64,000 nucleotides of DNA from Massalongia carnosa. Taxonomy: Eukaryota. Below are positions 1-14,495 of this stretch, piece after piece. Positions within the stretch are counted from its first letter, which is position 1. Every line of letters starts with the position of its first letter. A program made the position numbers and the translations under genes. The stretch lies in the NCBI GenBank assembly GCA_965645245.1, contig OZ287068.1:1736001-1800000 (forward strand). The letters run 5' to 3'. The notes under the pieces are model-generated. The model was not told where the DNA came from, did not search any database, and saw only the letters and a list, made by a program, of their open reading frames with translations.

Positions 1-1512
1 CATCTTGTCGGACGTGCGAGTGGTTACTGCCTTTCAACACCCGGAACCGCGCTATCCCAGACATGGCGATGTTTTTAATCATGTGGCCATGCTAGGCAAG
101 GAAACAGATTATGGCGTTTAGATAGCAATCGAAAGGTAAGCTCAGAGCGCGTTGGTTGTCATCGATTCCAATAACCCAAGCACTCGTGTGATAGTGCCCG
201 AAAGTACAAACGGTAGCATCTACGGCGGGGAGGTTTCGGCCGCCTGATCAGGAGTAAATGTACAAGGTATATTGAGACCACACGGACGTTCCTTTGGGCT
301 CTTTGGCCAAGAATCATGTTCCAAAAGGGCATTCTTTGCGATAGGCCATCAAACTGATGGGGGCTTTGCATTATTAATAAGGTATCCATTGTCAGTCTCT
401 GCTCTTACAGGCTCAAGATATCATTTTCAGTACGCAACCTTGCATAAAGCCTTATAGACAACTAAATTCGTCGCCTGATTGGAGAGCAGCACATGACGCT
501 TGGAATAGCGGTGAATCGATGGCATAGCTCAGAGCTCAGTGGAATAGAGAAACTCAGCAAAGTGGCGGATTCGTTGCCCCTATGATCTTCTATAAGACTC
601 GTTTTTTGGGGTGTAAATGAAAATCCTCCCCAAGCCATGCACCCAGGGTGCTACATGTAGCAGATGAGAGATATAGGGAGGGGCGTTTCGTGGCCTCGAG
701 ACCAAGTTTTGAAAGATAGATAAATTAACTAGATATTGCAAGACCAGGTATTAATCTTGCAAGAAACATAACGGTACAGGGATGGCGTAAACAACCTTGC
801 AGTAGTATATTGAGTAAAATCCTGCATATCTAGGAGCTACATTGAACGTAGACGAAGAGAATCGACTGGTCCAAGCAGCGATTTTGAAAGACTGATTAGT
901 GATAATCGTTGTTATAGTTCACCTGTGAGATAAATCCCAGTACTTCTTCTGGTATCATATGATCGTTAACTTCAAGCAACGGCAGCTGAATCCTTTCCAA
1001 CCCCATTTAAAGCACAAACAAATGTAACAAGATAAACGATAACTCGGCGCCGGTCTTTTATTGTAATTCCATATAGAGTTCATGCCCGTATTGCAATGGC
1101 CAGCCAACAACTCAAAGCAGTTGATTTGGACCGCATGACGCGTTAGATGCTCAGGAACTAGAAAATACTATAAGCTTGAAAGCATAGATGAACGCTGTTA
1201 AGTTCAGAAATTCAGCGGCTTTCGTTTTCGATTCATTCGACTAATTGATAACATTATCCAATGTGCTTCTCAAGAGGACCGGGCCCGTATTTTGAGCATA
1301 TCATGTTCTGATACTTTCCTGAACTAATAGTGGTGTAAAGCTTGAGGTTTTCCCATTGAATTAAAGTATTAGATGAAGTCTCCATGTGCATGGTAAACAG
1401 GAGAATGTGCTCCAAGTAACAGAAGGACAAGGCATCATGAAACTGAATTCATGAAATACTCCTCAGTATGCAAGGCATCAGTCAAAGACTATCGATATGC
1501 TTGCTAAAGGAG

Positions 1513-2253
1513 TTATCCTAGCTTGTTAGTCGGAACAGATGGAAAGAGCGTTGGGTTCATGAGCGTATTTAGGCGCTCTCGATCTCTTCGAGCAATCTCA
1601 GCATTTCGTTTCCGATCAAGTCGTTTTTGGAAGAAAACTCTAGTTGTAATTAGTGTAAGAGTTAGGTCATGGTTTCAGGGCTATACTTGTTGAGAGCGTA
1701 GATACGTGGTATCTCTTCCATAACTGTCGGTGCTACATCTATTCCAGCGACGGTCTTGATCTTGAAAGGCTCAGTATCCATTTTCTTCTCTGAGAGCTCA
1801 TGCCAGTAGTGTTCACCTTGTCGTTCTTCTCCTTCATTAGTTTTTCTTCCTCGTCCTCCTTGAGCTTGTCATTCTCGGTCTTCTTCTCTTTCCCCTCGTC
1901 TTTACCTTTTTCCTTCTCCTTCTCCTTCAATTTCCTCTTCTTCAGTTTCTCTTCATATTCCTTCTGGATTAGCTCTGTCTCACGGTCTATCTCCTTTTGC
2001 TTTTTCTTGGCTGTAACCTCTGTCTCATCGATAACCGGAGAACAAAATCCACGGTCTTTGAGGTGGGTTTGACATACGGGGAAAAAGTCCTAAAGTTGTA
2101 TCAGTATACCATGAATGCTCTAATCGTACCTAGTATCGATACTCTACTATCGGGGGTAATTAAGAAGCTGGTCGTAGGTTTGTAGCAGATGTCGCAAGGT
2201 TTGGCTGATGTCTCTGCTACCCTTCGCAGATGCCAGATGTTTAAGAGAGACAT
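1513..2253 (-). CDS. VFA1: VPS4-associated protein 1 / DUF1742 family protein (4 exons)
   Basis: Manual splicing gives MSLLNIWHLRRVAETSAKPCDICYKPTTSFLITPDSR|DFFPVCQTHLKDRGFCSPVIDE...KE-rich coil...|IKTVAG..PRIYALNK|VFFQKRLDRKRNAE...LFPSVPTNKLG*. CxxC...CxxH and the FPSVP end are typical of this family. Introns are GT-AG. Confidence 0.8.
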
Positions 2254-3089
2254 GGCGGTAGAGCAACACACATCTACCAAATGAAAAGGTATGCAAGCGG
2301 AACTCTAAGCGACTTCTTCAGCCCTATCAATACTCTATGCTGGTAAATCGGAGGGCATAACAAATATTCTCAGAAATTGGTGCTCTTAAGTGCGCATTTT
2401 CTACGTATTAACATATTGGATGTTTTGCAAATTCGTCCGACTGTACTATCTAGTGATGCGAGCCATTTTCCAGCATCTCCTACGTCCCTAACGCCATCAG
2501 CCTTCTCCGATTATCGATGCCAACGCTGATTCTTTCCACTTTTCTTCTGCTCATCCCATATCGTTACTTTTCAAGTAAGCTCTAGGCATTGTTTGATGTC
2601 TTTTCTGATGAGGAACATATTCGGCTTACGTTGAGCGTAAGTGAAATAAAAGAATACAGACATAGAAGAGCGTATGAACAAGTATCTGTTGTCTAACCAA
2701 ATTCTGCCTTATCGATATCAGAATAGACAAACCAGCTACGATGTTGCTCCTCATGCTTCATTTGAATCTTATCCTAGCGTCAGCTCCACAATGCCATTAA
2801 GCGAGACAGCGTGTCTTCAGCATTACTTCCAGGCAACATCTTGAAATTTCAACAAAGGCGATTTAAATGGGTGTCGCACACTCTTGACTTGGAATAATAG
2901 AGTGGAGCAAGTAGCAGTATGTGTTTTAAAGAGCCTATACAGATCGTCTTCTAGGTCTGATATCCATCTGGGACTTCTCTCACAAGCACATGGCTCAATA
3001 GAATTTGGTAGCTTTAGTTAAATGCCGATTTGAAAATTGCCATGGCTCAGCTCGAAATTGGGTTCGTCTTTTATGCCACGTGCAGAGAG

Positions 3090-3761
3090 AGGTTGATGAA
3101 GATCTTCGAGGTGGGTCATCTATTCCCCTACCTGATACTCTGCTGGTGTAACATATCTTGAAGAACTTGAGCTTACATACGTGGTTAAAGGATTGGTGTT
3201 TCCAAAGGCCGTCTCGAGTGTTCACTTTCTGCGCCGGATTACCGGTTCTTCTATTAAGACAGTCATTTTATCCTCTATAACAGAACCCGTGAATGCAGCT
3301 TTTGCTGATATGGACCGGTGCATCGTGATAGTAGTGCCGGCTAAATGCGCTATGGTTTCTTCGACCTGTCCCGCATCGTCTAAACTCGGTAGTCCAAGTA
3401 CTAACAGCCCTAATGTTCCTATTCACAGATTAATCTTCCTTAGTAGTTGATTTTCAATGGATGGATGAAAGGCTACATCTTCGGCCGCCTTGCTCAAGTC
3501 AGATATCACCGGCTTCATGCCGTTTAATCTCGTTCCAGGCCTAGTTATTCTTCTAATCATAGCATAACTGACTTGCATAACGGCGGTAGAGTATGACATC
3601 TTCAAAGCGTACTTTCTGATCTTCCCTAACGCAGTCTCTCCTTGAGCTCGAAGGTAAGGTACGTCTACCTCCGGCCAATTTTCACAAATCATTTTCAACG
3701 CTTCTCCCTTCTTGCCGCGTTGTCTCTTCACCTTTCGCCCAGTTCTTAAGTTCGTCTCCAT
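3090..3761 (-). pseudogene. Interrupted reading frame of unknown family (probable pseudogene)
   Basis: ORF 3423-3761 continues in the same frame past TGA (3423) as IGTLGLLVLGLPSLDDAGQVEE...IRRRK. It then hits a second TGA and continues again. No family recognised. Confidence 0.3.
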
Positions 3762-6116
3762 TTGAAAAATCTTCTCTCAAGAGTGAGTTTCGTATTCTAT
3801 ATTTGTCTGCATCTCCCTCAATAAAATTCTACCATCCTATTCGCTTGACAACGCCGGCTGAAATAGGAGTGGGTTAGCTGCTCGGCGCCGTGCAACTTGG
3901 CCTCCCAATGAGAGTATCAAGGAAGCCAGTAGCTACGTCCAAGGAAACAAAAGACGTGCTACCCACCTCGAAAGCTTTTAGCTCCTCGCCTATAGCATCA
4001 AATGATTGCTCTATAGCAGGTCAGAAAGCCTACTAGTACGGCCTGCGTAACTATTAACAAAGATAGCTGCTGTATTCTCTTTGGTGATCTTAAGCTTAGG
4101 GCAGAAAGAGAAAGCAACGCTACAAACAAACAGAAAAGGTCGGTGAGGACAAGGTATTAGAGCTATTAACCGAGCTCAAACAAATTTAAGAGAAACCAAA
4201 GCGGTTCGGTGGGTTCAAACCGAGAACGTAATAGCTACGCTTACTATGACTATTCAAAATTATTTGAGAAGAATAGTGGTAGTGGAAACGGTGGAAAATA
4301 GGATAAGTGATACAGGTCGGCGCTTGTATGACTGGGCCATGATGTCGACAGTGTTGCCCTCAAACGTGAATATGCTGCTGAGTCGGGCTTAGCGTACGTC
4401 TAATGCTTAACATTCAGGCTTTCAATCTATCTTCGTTATAACCACAAGTATGAAATACGTCAAATAGGGAATGACTCTATTTGTTACCAGTTATCATAGT
4501 CTTTTTTATGGTTGATTGGGTATATAAGACACTATTAGTATCACTGATCAGTCTTCAAGAATCGCTAACTGGAAAGTGTTAGGCTCGGATTCTTTTACTA
4601 CTAAACTCGTTTTTTTAAAAGGTGAGAAACGCAGGTTCAAAGTGGGACAACGAAGCAGCGCGGCAGAATGATAATTCAAAGAGTTGCTAAATAAAGAAGC
4701 CTCCAAACATCGTAGCGGAAGGGGAAGAAAGTCACAATGTCCGCAATTTTAGATACCTTTCATATAGAGATAGTATGGTCATTTTATAGTGATGATATAG
4801 CGATTTGTGGTTCAACCGTTCTGAACTCTGGTTTTATTGTCGTTGTCTGTTCCTTTCATACATTGGCTGTTCATGAAGTTGTGTCTGGTCTGATTCTTGA
4901 GCTGCATAATCTGGATTATATGAAGTGTAGTTGATCCATGTTGTATATTATTATTATTGGTTTGGGAGTTGAATATCCCGGGTCTTTCAAATTGACTTGA
5001 AGTAAATCATACAAATCCCTTATTCTCTGCTAAAGTATTTATTTCAGAGAGACGAATGATTCCCATGGTACTTCAATTGTTTAGACACGTTCCATAGATT
5101 ACATCGCGCTCTTTTGGTATTCGATGTGGGTTTCTTCAAGGCAGTCTAGGTGAGAGCCTTTTTAGCATCGTAGTTTAGCATCGTAGTTCTTCTAGGCTGA
5201 AGGGAAACAGGTCTCGTTCTCCCGCAGTCTTGACTTAAAGTGGGTTTCTTATACGTAAAGAGAAGCGAATTAGTTTATCCTTCAGACTCGTCACAGTGAA
5301 GGCACATGTCATGTGAAAGCCTTCTTTTTGGGGCCATTCGCCATTCTCAGGCACTTTTGCTGCTTGTAGAGATACTTCAATACTCCTCCCTAGAACAAAA
5401 GTGACTTGACCTTAGACCAAATCACATAATGACCTGAGGGGCAATTGGTGGTTTTGTTGTTGACGGTAGCTGTGATAGTAGTTTCAGCTTTACCGCTGTG
5501 TTCATACGCAACCATGCCAGCTGAATCAACTATATTCATGAAGTATTGCATTATCTAATATCGTAGAAGTAGGCCCTTGGATGGCTATCTACACCGAAAT
5601 AATTATCAAGCAGCAAAGGAACTTAAGCCAAGAGAATGACCTATGCCTGCATACATCAGTCGATTATAGGACGGTCTTTATGGAGCTACTTACTACTTGA
5701 TCGCCTTCAACATGCGCTTTAAAGCTGAAGCCATATTCACTTGGACTATGCGAAATTCCTCTGAGCCAGTGCCTTCTTCTATTCCTCCTCCAAGCCTCTA
5801 TCTAGGAGTTCTGACGTGCATGTTAGTCTGTGCGATGTATACTCCATCCGTCCTATTTGCGAAAGCCATGTGAGTGGATTTAACTAGATGAAGGATTCAG
5901 ATTAGATTACAGTGGATTTAAGTTAACTAGATTAGATCCGGTTAACTAATAACCTAGTTAAATAGTAGTTAGACTCTATTCGCTTATCTTCTCTAACCTT
6001 ATTTCCTACAAGCCTATTGCGAACACTTCGTTCTGGGATTGAAAGCATGCAATATTTTTGGCAAAGGTCTTGTCCTGTCCTGACAAGTCGGCGTCATTGT
6101 ACGGCAGTGAAGTGTC

Positions 6117-8003
6117 ATGACATCTGTGAAGTACGACCTTGGGAAATCTGAACATGTTCATGCTGCGAGCAATCTCAAACTCAAGAGTCAATGTTCCATA
6201 AAGCTTTACTCTTCTCTAGGGTGTATATTTCCTTTTTCGGACCTATTGCAGGAGCTCGACTCTTTGATATCTTCTGATATCTGGGTAGCTCAAGAGAATG
6301 GGCTACAAATCTCTGTTAAAATCATCACCGATGATCTTGTTAGCCAGGATTTCGATCGAAACATATTTGTGGACGGCCTACGTACTCTGATCTGTGGAGC
6401 TGAGGTGTTGTTAGTCCTTTCGATTTATCGATAGGTAACTGACCATTGCCACTGCAGCTATGGAACCAGCTCGACTTTAAAGCATCTGTAGTAGCTCCAG
6501 GGGAGTTATTATTGTCAGAAGATTTTCGAGTCTCTCTGTCCAGTAGGAGTGCTCCTCGAGGACAGCCACTCGGGATACCGCTTGCATGTTTAGAACATAT
6601 TCAGATGACGTTCATATTTTCCTGCTCAATTAGCCCTTGCATACATAAAAAGCACAAAGTCGGACCTAGCTATGAGGGATGCGCACCTATCTTATTAAAG
6701 GACTTCGTTTCGACGAAGCATCTGGATCCACCGGATCGAGTCCAACCTCAGCTCCTTGATGCAATGCTTCTGCCCCCTTATGATATCTCACAACATCGAT
6801 TGCTCCTACAGCAGCCTAATGATGCAGAAGACGAGGAAAAACCTATAAGAGGTAACTATTTCACGCTAGTCCCATCTCTTCCCGTCAGAGAACGTCTCTT
6901 CAATCTCACTTCGCGGAATACAGCCATGGAATTGCCACTAGATAAGCCTGCGACTAAAAGATCCATGCTAGCCGACTTTCAGGGCGGAGATAAAATAGCT
7001 TTTGCAGATCTGACCAAGTTACTTGATGCAGGGCTGCGTACCATGATCTGTGGAGACAGGATAGGACGCTCAGCTGGAGTAAACCTTTCAAGTGCACATC
7101 CCAGGGCAAATCTTGCTAAAATATCGCCGGCTTTGTTTCGCCCTGGTTATCTCTCTGTGAGTAATCTTGGAATATTCTAAGAGGGAGTGGCTTTAGCATT
7201 CCTGATTTGAGAATACCTAGGCAGTTTGGGAGCATGACCGCCTTTTTGATACCATTGCACATAGGACTATTATGATACATATCCATACTAAGTGTGCAAG
7301 TCTGCGAAGTAAAATCGGGTCTTTGATAAACTTTGCGCCAAATGAATATGTGGACCCTGATGGGCTTACTGCTTGTGCACCGCAAGATGCAATCGCAAAT
7401 GCCATCCGGGCTCGTTTATGGAAATCAGTCGTATCGAAACTTCTCCATTCCTCGGAAGCCGCAATCCTCAAACCGTTAGATTGGACAAACGACTCCTTCC
7501 CTCGAATCTTGAACGCAGAAGCGATGCTAGACCAAGGAAGTCCCCCAAACTTAGAGGATTCGGAACATTCTGCTAGCCCTCCGCTTGACGGTGTCGATGA
7601 ATATTTGCTCTTTGAGAATGACGAGGAGAAATCAGAAACGATCTCAGGTAAGGAGATTCTATTCGAGGAGAGTGACCTCAACCATGAGAGCGAAGCCTTA
7701 GATGACATACTTTTCGAGAACGATGGAGTGGCTTTGACCGATTTTGGCGACGACAACGAAGAACTATTATGGAGAGAAGAAAACGAACCCAGATACATCT
7801 TCAGTAGCGATAAGAAGGAGCTTCTAGAAGCCTTTAATGAAGAGTTACTCGATAGGGGCGATCCACTAGAAAGCTTACAGCAAGATTCGCTTGGCGAAAA
7901 TAGAAACCTGCTACTGGAAGATTTTCTCCTAAGCTATCAACACGAGAACTCGACCTACTCGGAGCAACATGCCTGGTTTGATGAAATGCTCATTAGTAGC
8001 TAA
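6117..8003 (+). CDS. Conserved fungal hypothetical protein with acidic C-terminus (3 exons; start uncertain)
   Basis: ORFs 6117-6434, 6446-7180 and 7272-8003 can be joined through plausible introns (~6405-6456; GTGAGT at ~7157 to TAG at ~7220). Contains the segments LAKISPALFRPGY and IRARLW. Confidence 0.55.
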
Positions 8004-8330
8004 GGAAAAGCACTTCGACTGTGAAGGAGATAAGGATCAAGGGACTTTTCTTATTTGTACTCTTGAGCAAAGGTTGGCCTCTTGCTTGGGCGATGTATGT
8101 CGCCACTTGCACACACCCTTTTAAACCTCAGTACGATCTCGAAAGCACACGCCGGATGTACTGGAGTAATATTGATTGTCTAGGGTTCAGCTGAAATACC
8201 AAATAAAGCCAAAGGACTCACAAGCTCTCGCCACTCCATGCATGTATAACTTACTGCTTCCTATTTCCTCCGCCCGACCCACCTTTTGTCTCGCCGGGAG
8301 TTTATCTTTTCTACAAATCAGACACCTCGC

Positions 8331-9260
8331 CTACTCCTCACATACATACAATCGCTCCTCAGTTATCCGCTGTCTCACGCCCTTGGGAACCAAATCATTC
8401 AGAGCCTTCCAATCCCCCCTGCCCACAGCTTCCCTGGCCTTGGTAGAACTTACCCCACCCATCTTTCCACTTATTCCGCCCCCCAGCTCAATCCTATCTG
8501 CCCACTCTCTCCTTCCCCCCTCAGCCTCCCTTTTCCCATCTCTCAATGCCTTGAGATACGCAGTCTGCTCCTCCGCCTCTCCCCAATTTTCCCCTACTCT
8601 CCGGGTTGCCCGAACCTTTGAATCACGAAAGAACGCTCCAAGCTGCTGCAAGGTGTGTTCAGGCGGGTAGTAGACTGGATTCAGCAAGCGGATCAAGGTG
8701 TCAAACCCGATGAGATACACCTGTTCAAACCCTTTTGCAGCCTCCCCAATCGAAGGTCCATAAACCCCCGACTCCGCGATCGCAGCCGCCTTATCGGAAA
8801 AATACGGCTTGGTAGTTACGCCTATGTCGACTGTCACCGCAACATCTTTACTTAGAGCATGTCTCTCCGGCTCGCCCTTAGTATCATGGTCTTTAAACGC
8901 TTGCAACATAGCTTCCACCTGACTCACAACCTCCCTTGCCAGTACAGCCATCATGCCCAGCCTCTGTTCCAAGCTCGTCGGCGTGCTTGCCTTGTCCGCA
9001 TTCTGTGTTGCGAGTAGTAAGAGCAACCTCTTCTGGTCGACTGGATGACGGTCTGACAATAGGGCGGAGGTGACAATGTTCAGGTGGGCAAGCGTAGGCG
9101 GGTTAAAGGAAGAGTCGAGGATGTAGAGCGTTTTTGGCGGGAGCGCGGGGAGGGTGGAGAGGGAAGAGACTGTGTGAAAGATACGGAAGGGAGAGTGGGA
9201 AGATGCAAATGCGTGAAAAGCTGTTTGTAGGGTGGAAAGGGAGGGTAGGGAGGTGGACAT
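8331..9260 (-). CDS. POF1: Nicotinamide-nucleotide adenylyltransferase, Pof1-like (cytidylyltransferase fold)
   Basis: Motifs LYILDSSFNPPTLAH (HxGH-like), LLLLATQNADK, PYFSDK and GFDTLIRLLNPVYY, VSSTKAR. Probable start MSTSLP at 9260; single exon. Confidence 0.85.
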   Translation of the reverse strand: MSTSLPSLSTLQTAFHAFASSHSPFRIFHTVSSLSTLPALPPKTLYILDSSFNPPTLAHLNIVTSALLSDRHPVDQKRLLLLLATQNADKASTPTSLEQRLGMMAVLAREVVSQVEAMLQAFKDHDTKGEPERHALSKDVAVTVDIGVTTKPYFSDKAAAIAESGVYGPSIGEAAKGFEQVYLIGFDTLIRLLNPVYYPPEHTLQQLGAFFRDSKVRATRRVGENWGEAEEQTAYLKALRDGKREAEGGRREWADRIELGGGISGKMGGVSSTKAREAVGRGDWKALNDLVPKGVRQRITEERLYVCEE

Positions 9261-9538
9261 CTTGGAAGGTCTGCTAATTCGACTGGCGGTCTGCACATTT
9301 GTGTTTTTATTCTGCGGTGTGACGTAACTGCGGCCTGGGGCAGAGTTCTTCCGGACCGATACGTCGTGCTGGGTACAGGCCATGCAGGTACGAATGCGAG
9401 AGGACCCCCCTCTCCAGTGATTGTATATCTCCGGCGGAATTAAGGCAACTAGACTCTTCCCACAATCTCAACCCATCTGCATCTCAGACCATATCCATTC
9501 ACTCTTTTACCCACCAACGACTCCGGTTGGTTCTGGCA

Positions 9539-10814
9539 ATGGCAATGGCTTTCAACATCTTAGATCTGCCGTCAGAACTTCAGCTCATGGTGTTTGGCAA
9601 CCTGAGCGATCTTGACGAAGCTCTATACCTGGCAAGCACCTGTCGCCGTCTGTCCACTCTCTTTAACAGGAACAAGCGCACCATCGCAAGGACTATCATC
9701 GTTTGTCGACCCCAGTGGTGGTTTTTAAATTCTCCTGCTGACATGTGTCTCCTAGCTGTCCTCTGATGTTTATGAATACGATCTGTACCTGTCCAGCGTT
9801 GTTTCTGGCAATGCAAAGATAGCGTCGATATGTGAGGAACCTTGGGATAACTCATCCCCTAGGAATAGGCCCCTGCGCAAAGTTTTCGTTTCCGGCCTTA
9901 GTGAGGAGTGGTCCAGCTCGCTGTCAAGGGATCAGCTGATTGACGGAATCTGCCTCCGTTGGCAACGCCTCCGAACCATTCGGAACTTATATGCCGACCC
10001 TACAGTCTCCGCTCAATTCGACGCTTTTTGGCGAGAAATCATCGCCACCGACAGCTACGACCAAGCGGCCACAGCATTCGCCAAGCCAGGGTTCACCCCA
10101 TTGCGGTATTACCATTATGAAGAGCAATATGCGCGTCGTTTCAGCCTGGACTTCAAGGGTCGCTTCCACAAAGCTGTTATTCTCCAATCCATCGGGATCG
10201 CCAACCGCCAGCTCCCCAAGGGCTCCGACCACAAGGACGAGTTGATAAGGAATGTATTCGCGCAACAAGTGTACTATGAATGGAGCCAAAAGCTTCCCAT
10301 TACACACGGACATCCAACGATATCCTCGCAGCAAATGAAGCTCGATTGCCTTGAGATCTTTGACTTCTTTTACATGTTCGGGCTGCGTAAAGTCCTCCCG
10401 GTCAAGAATCAGAACCTGTGGATACTGAGCAGCCCGGAGGAATGGCAGATTCACGAGTACGTGGTCCCTACCGGGATCTCCGAGGGGTGGTGCTGGTTTG
10501 CCTGGCTCGACAGTCAGTGCATGGCCCTCCAGCCGGAGGACTTGGCCGAGTTAATCATCGAACACCCGTTGCAACCCTACCACCAATTCCCCTCGGACAT
10601 GAAGGACTACATGGCGTGTCGCGGTCTATTCGATTTCGATATCCTCAGCGACGTCAAGTGGTGCACCGGCTATTCGCGATGGGCGATGGTGGATGCCCTG
10701 GGGATCGGTCCGCCGGGTAATACGGTGAATATGAACCCGAGCCTCTGGTGGGATTGGTTCCGGGCCCATCACGGATCACCGTTTCAGCAGGAATTTGTGT
10801 GCCCGCTGGATTGA
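9539..10814 (+). CDS. F-box-like domain protein (2 exons)
   Basis: N-terminal ILDLPSELQLMVFGNL...LASTCRRL is an F-box signature. An intron at ~9701-9755 joins in frame to ORF 10101-10814. Confidence 0.7.
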
Positions 10815-13800
10815 CGTTATTATTTTCTCTTTTTTTGGTGAGGGGAAGCGAGCTGCGGAGTGCCTTCATTGCAATGAAAGGTCGCTCCATGTATAACATA
10901 AGAAACACTACTATACAACCACACCATCCACCGAGTTGCCGCACATAGTTTGGAGGGGGGGGGAAGGGAGCTGAAATACTGAAGAATGCTCACGCACCTT
11001 CAATCAATCTCCCGTCGACGGAAAAGCTAGGTTAGAAGTCATTAGCTTAGTTGCCACTCCGATTGTTCTCCAAGTACGAAGAGGTTTTTTTCTTTCCCAT
11101 CAAAGATTCCACAACCCTCTCCGTCCCCTCAAAGAATAACGCTCACTTTTTAAATCCGTCATCATCGCCCTTATTATCATCATCATCATCGTATTTTACA
11201 CCCCCCCATCCCATCCCAAAAAGAACGACCGGACCAGTTCATCCCTCCTCTTGCACGACTAGGTATATACCTATCTCTGCAACGCTCGTGTAAAAAATTC
11301 GTACAGCTGATTCTTCTCTTTTGGTTTTTTTTTGGTTTTCTAAATTCCTATTATCCCTCTTCCTCTTCCTCTTGGGTTGGTTGGCTGTGCTGCGTGATGA
11401 TGGGGGGAAACACGGTGCTGGATGGGATGGATAGGTACATGGATAGGTGGATGGATAGATACCGGGGTTGGAAAAGGAGATAGTACTGTATGAAAGGAAA
11501 GGATTGGAAGATATTTTGGGGGGGGAGGAAAGGAGAGAGAGGAGATTTCCCTGTCTAGGCTCTTGATTTGATCGTCTGCCTATCTACCTACCTACCAACC
11601 TACTTACTCCGTATCTGTCTGGCAGTGTCACGCCATGTAGGTAGGTAGGTAGTACCCAGGAATGGAGGAAGCCCTTCTCCTCCTCCTGCCAGCGGTATGC
11701 TGGGGTAGGGACATAAGGACATACGCGCGGTTTTTGGCATCTGTAGGGCTGGTGTCGGAAAGGGAGGTGTGGCTGAGAAGGTTTTAGGAGAGAGGTCGAT
11801 GGTTGGATTTTTAGGGGGATGGAGGGATGGAGGTACGGAAGCGGAGGAGTTTGCTGGGTGCTTAGCGAGATAAAAGGATGGGAAGGAAAGAAAGGGGGGG
11901 GAACGATAGAACGAGAGGTGGAGAAAAATAGTGACCAGAAGAAAAGGTAAACATTTTTTTCTTTCTTTTTCTTTTCACCATTGACAACGAAAAGGGCGTA
12001 CCTACCTACCTCTGATGCACAGGGTTACGTAGGCAAGTGAGGATCCGGGCAGTGGAAGGTAGGTAGGTTTGTGTGTGTGTATGTATGGGAGTAATACATA
12101 GGTAGAACTTCTTCCGACCTTTCAGGTAGGTTTGGAAATCTAAGCTTGAGGGGGGTTTTCATCGATCATCTACCGAAACCGTGGGCTTATTTTTGCACGT
12201 ACCAATCCCGCACTGCACTGGGCCGGTTTCGAATAAAGTGCGTGCGTCTCGCAGAGGTTGGTGGGGAGGGAACATGTATAGGAAGTCGCTCCGAGCGGTA
12301 TGTACTTCATTCGACGTTGACGTAAATATAGCAAGCGCGGAAGGGTTGAAATGAGATGAATTCGAGCCATGACGAGAAGAGCGAGAAGGAACGATGATCC
12401 CTCGACGGAATGGTACGATGTGCCAGCCTATACACATGCGTTCCGGGGTTATTCGCGAATTCGTAGAATGCAAGCAGCACGGTTACGACCACACGATAGG
12501 TGTGTAAAGTTAGGAACGTTTCAAACCTACCTACCTCACCTGCAGTTTTGTACCGAGTATCCTTCAGAGACGTCTGGTTCTATGGACAATGAAGTGGGAG
12601 CGAATGCGCCATCCAGCATCATGACTCTGCACCGGACAACTTCGGAAGATGGCATGAGAAGCGCTGAGCAAATAAAACATCCCTATTGGCAATCGGGTGG
12701 TACCCTTACCGTCAGGGTGAACGAACCTCGACATCGCTCCTGCGTTTAGTTTCAGCGTCTACGCTTGATTTTCTATATCCGTTAATATGCTCTAAGAAAG
12801 CTGGTCAAAAGCAGTGGTGATTGTAGGTTCTCCGCTCTCCTCTCCATTTGCCATGATTCGCTGTCGTGTCTCTCCGCTTGGTAAGGCTCATGGAATGGCG
12901 CAGTCGTTGAGCATGTACTCTATATGGTCGCTCTTTCCTCAATTCGGGCTAACTGCTAACTCTGGGGTTGATCACCATAAGATGCCCGGCAGTCTGCCAG
13001 CCTTGGGGTTCAATTACGGCAATGATGCAGGACGAAGCAAGTCATGCAGAGTAGGTACTCTGCACCGTCGGTCGCCAAGGACTTGCTCTTGGACCTACAG
13101 CTAGGTACTGGTCATTCCCGCCACGATGAAACTCGAAACAGCTTCAAGGACCCGAAACAAACATTCTATCCCAACGATACTCGGTACTGATCGTCATGTT
13201 GGAGTGCCAGGCCCTTACGTGTTGGTCTCTGTTAATCTAAGAGACATGCTGCAATGATACAGAGTGTCTCATTGGCGTCGTTCGGTTCCCGGTTTACAAA
13301 CGTTGCGAGGCAAGGTGATTGGAGTGAATTTAACGTTACTCGGAACGTGCGACAATGCATCCTGTCGTGTCCGTTGGGGCCGCCTACAGATCTGAGGTGG
13401 TGCAATTTGCGGCTGCACCTTGATCATGCGAGATTGCGTTTCTCGCATGTCCCGCTGTTCGTTCTCATTTCGGTGCACGAGAAGAAAATGATCATGTCAC
13501 GTTAATGATACCTGTTTGGCTTTCACGACGAAGTGATCGAGGCCGTCAACTTGTCCTCATGTTGGAGCAACATGAATCTCTAGGATTGGTGGGGGACAAA
13601 AGACTAACTCCGCAAACGACAGGACGACGGTAAAAGCGCTTGGTGGAGAAACACCAGATTAACCGCCAGCAAACAACGACTGTTTGACGCCGAGAGTGAT
13701 GCTGATGATGGTGATGGTGATGACGATGGTGACAATGATGATTTGTCGTGTGGCTGATTCAAGAACAAGGCACTTTGATCTCCCTTTACGCTGACATCGA

Positions 13801-14495
13801 TCACTTTTCACCCATTTTGGGGTTAAGCGCATAAACCGTCCAGCCAATACGCATTCAACATGGGGTTAAGCATTGTGGGCTAATCCAGTTCAGGCACAAA
13901 TGCGCGTAGGGATCCACATCTCGTCCGTCAGATCCCCTGTCGGATCCCAATCATCGTCACATTATCCTTGTCACCCTTTTCAACCAGAATCTTTTGTTCC
14001 TGCATCGTCCCAACACTCGCCAACGCTCGCCCATGCTCGCCAACGTTATTTTGGCCCTTTCCAACCTCCTGTCTCATATTTAGCCCCACACCGCACTTTA
14101 CAGGCTAGCTGATCTGATCCTAGTTCACGGCAATCATGGTGCCCTTCTCATTTCCCCTGCGCCTACCCACCGCCCTCTTCGCCCCCTCGAACCTTCATAT
14201 CATCTTGCTCATCCTCCGGAAATTCTACTTCCCTTTTTATCACATTCTCTTGCATCTTGTCGGCGTCGAGACTTTCATTCTTTCATCCAAAGCTGTCACT
14301 CCTTTGCGAATCGATTTCGCACCACACTCCTTCAGTCAACACGTTTTCAGCTCAAGAAGATCCAATCCATTTTGCGTTACCACTATCGACCGTAAAATAT
14401 CCACGGAAGAGAAGAAGCATTAAAAAAACCATTCTGCCAAGTCGTCCCATTCACCCCATCACCAGCAAAAAGTAAGATTTCTGGTGCAAGTCAAC

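Noticed and set aside
11570..12140. (CCTA)n/(TAGG)n inverted tracts as a MITE
   Set aside because: The same microsatellite recurs in many intergenic regions of the window, with no defined TIR or TSD.
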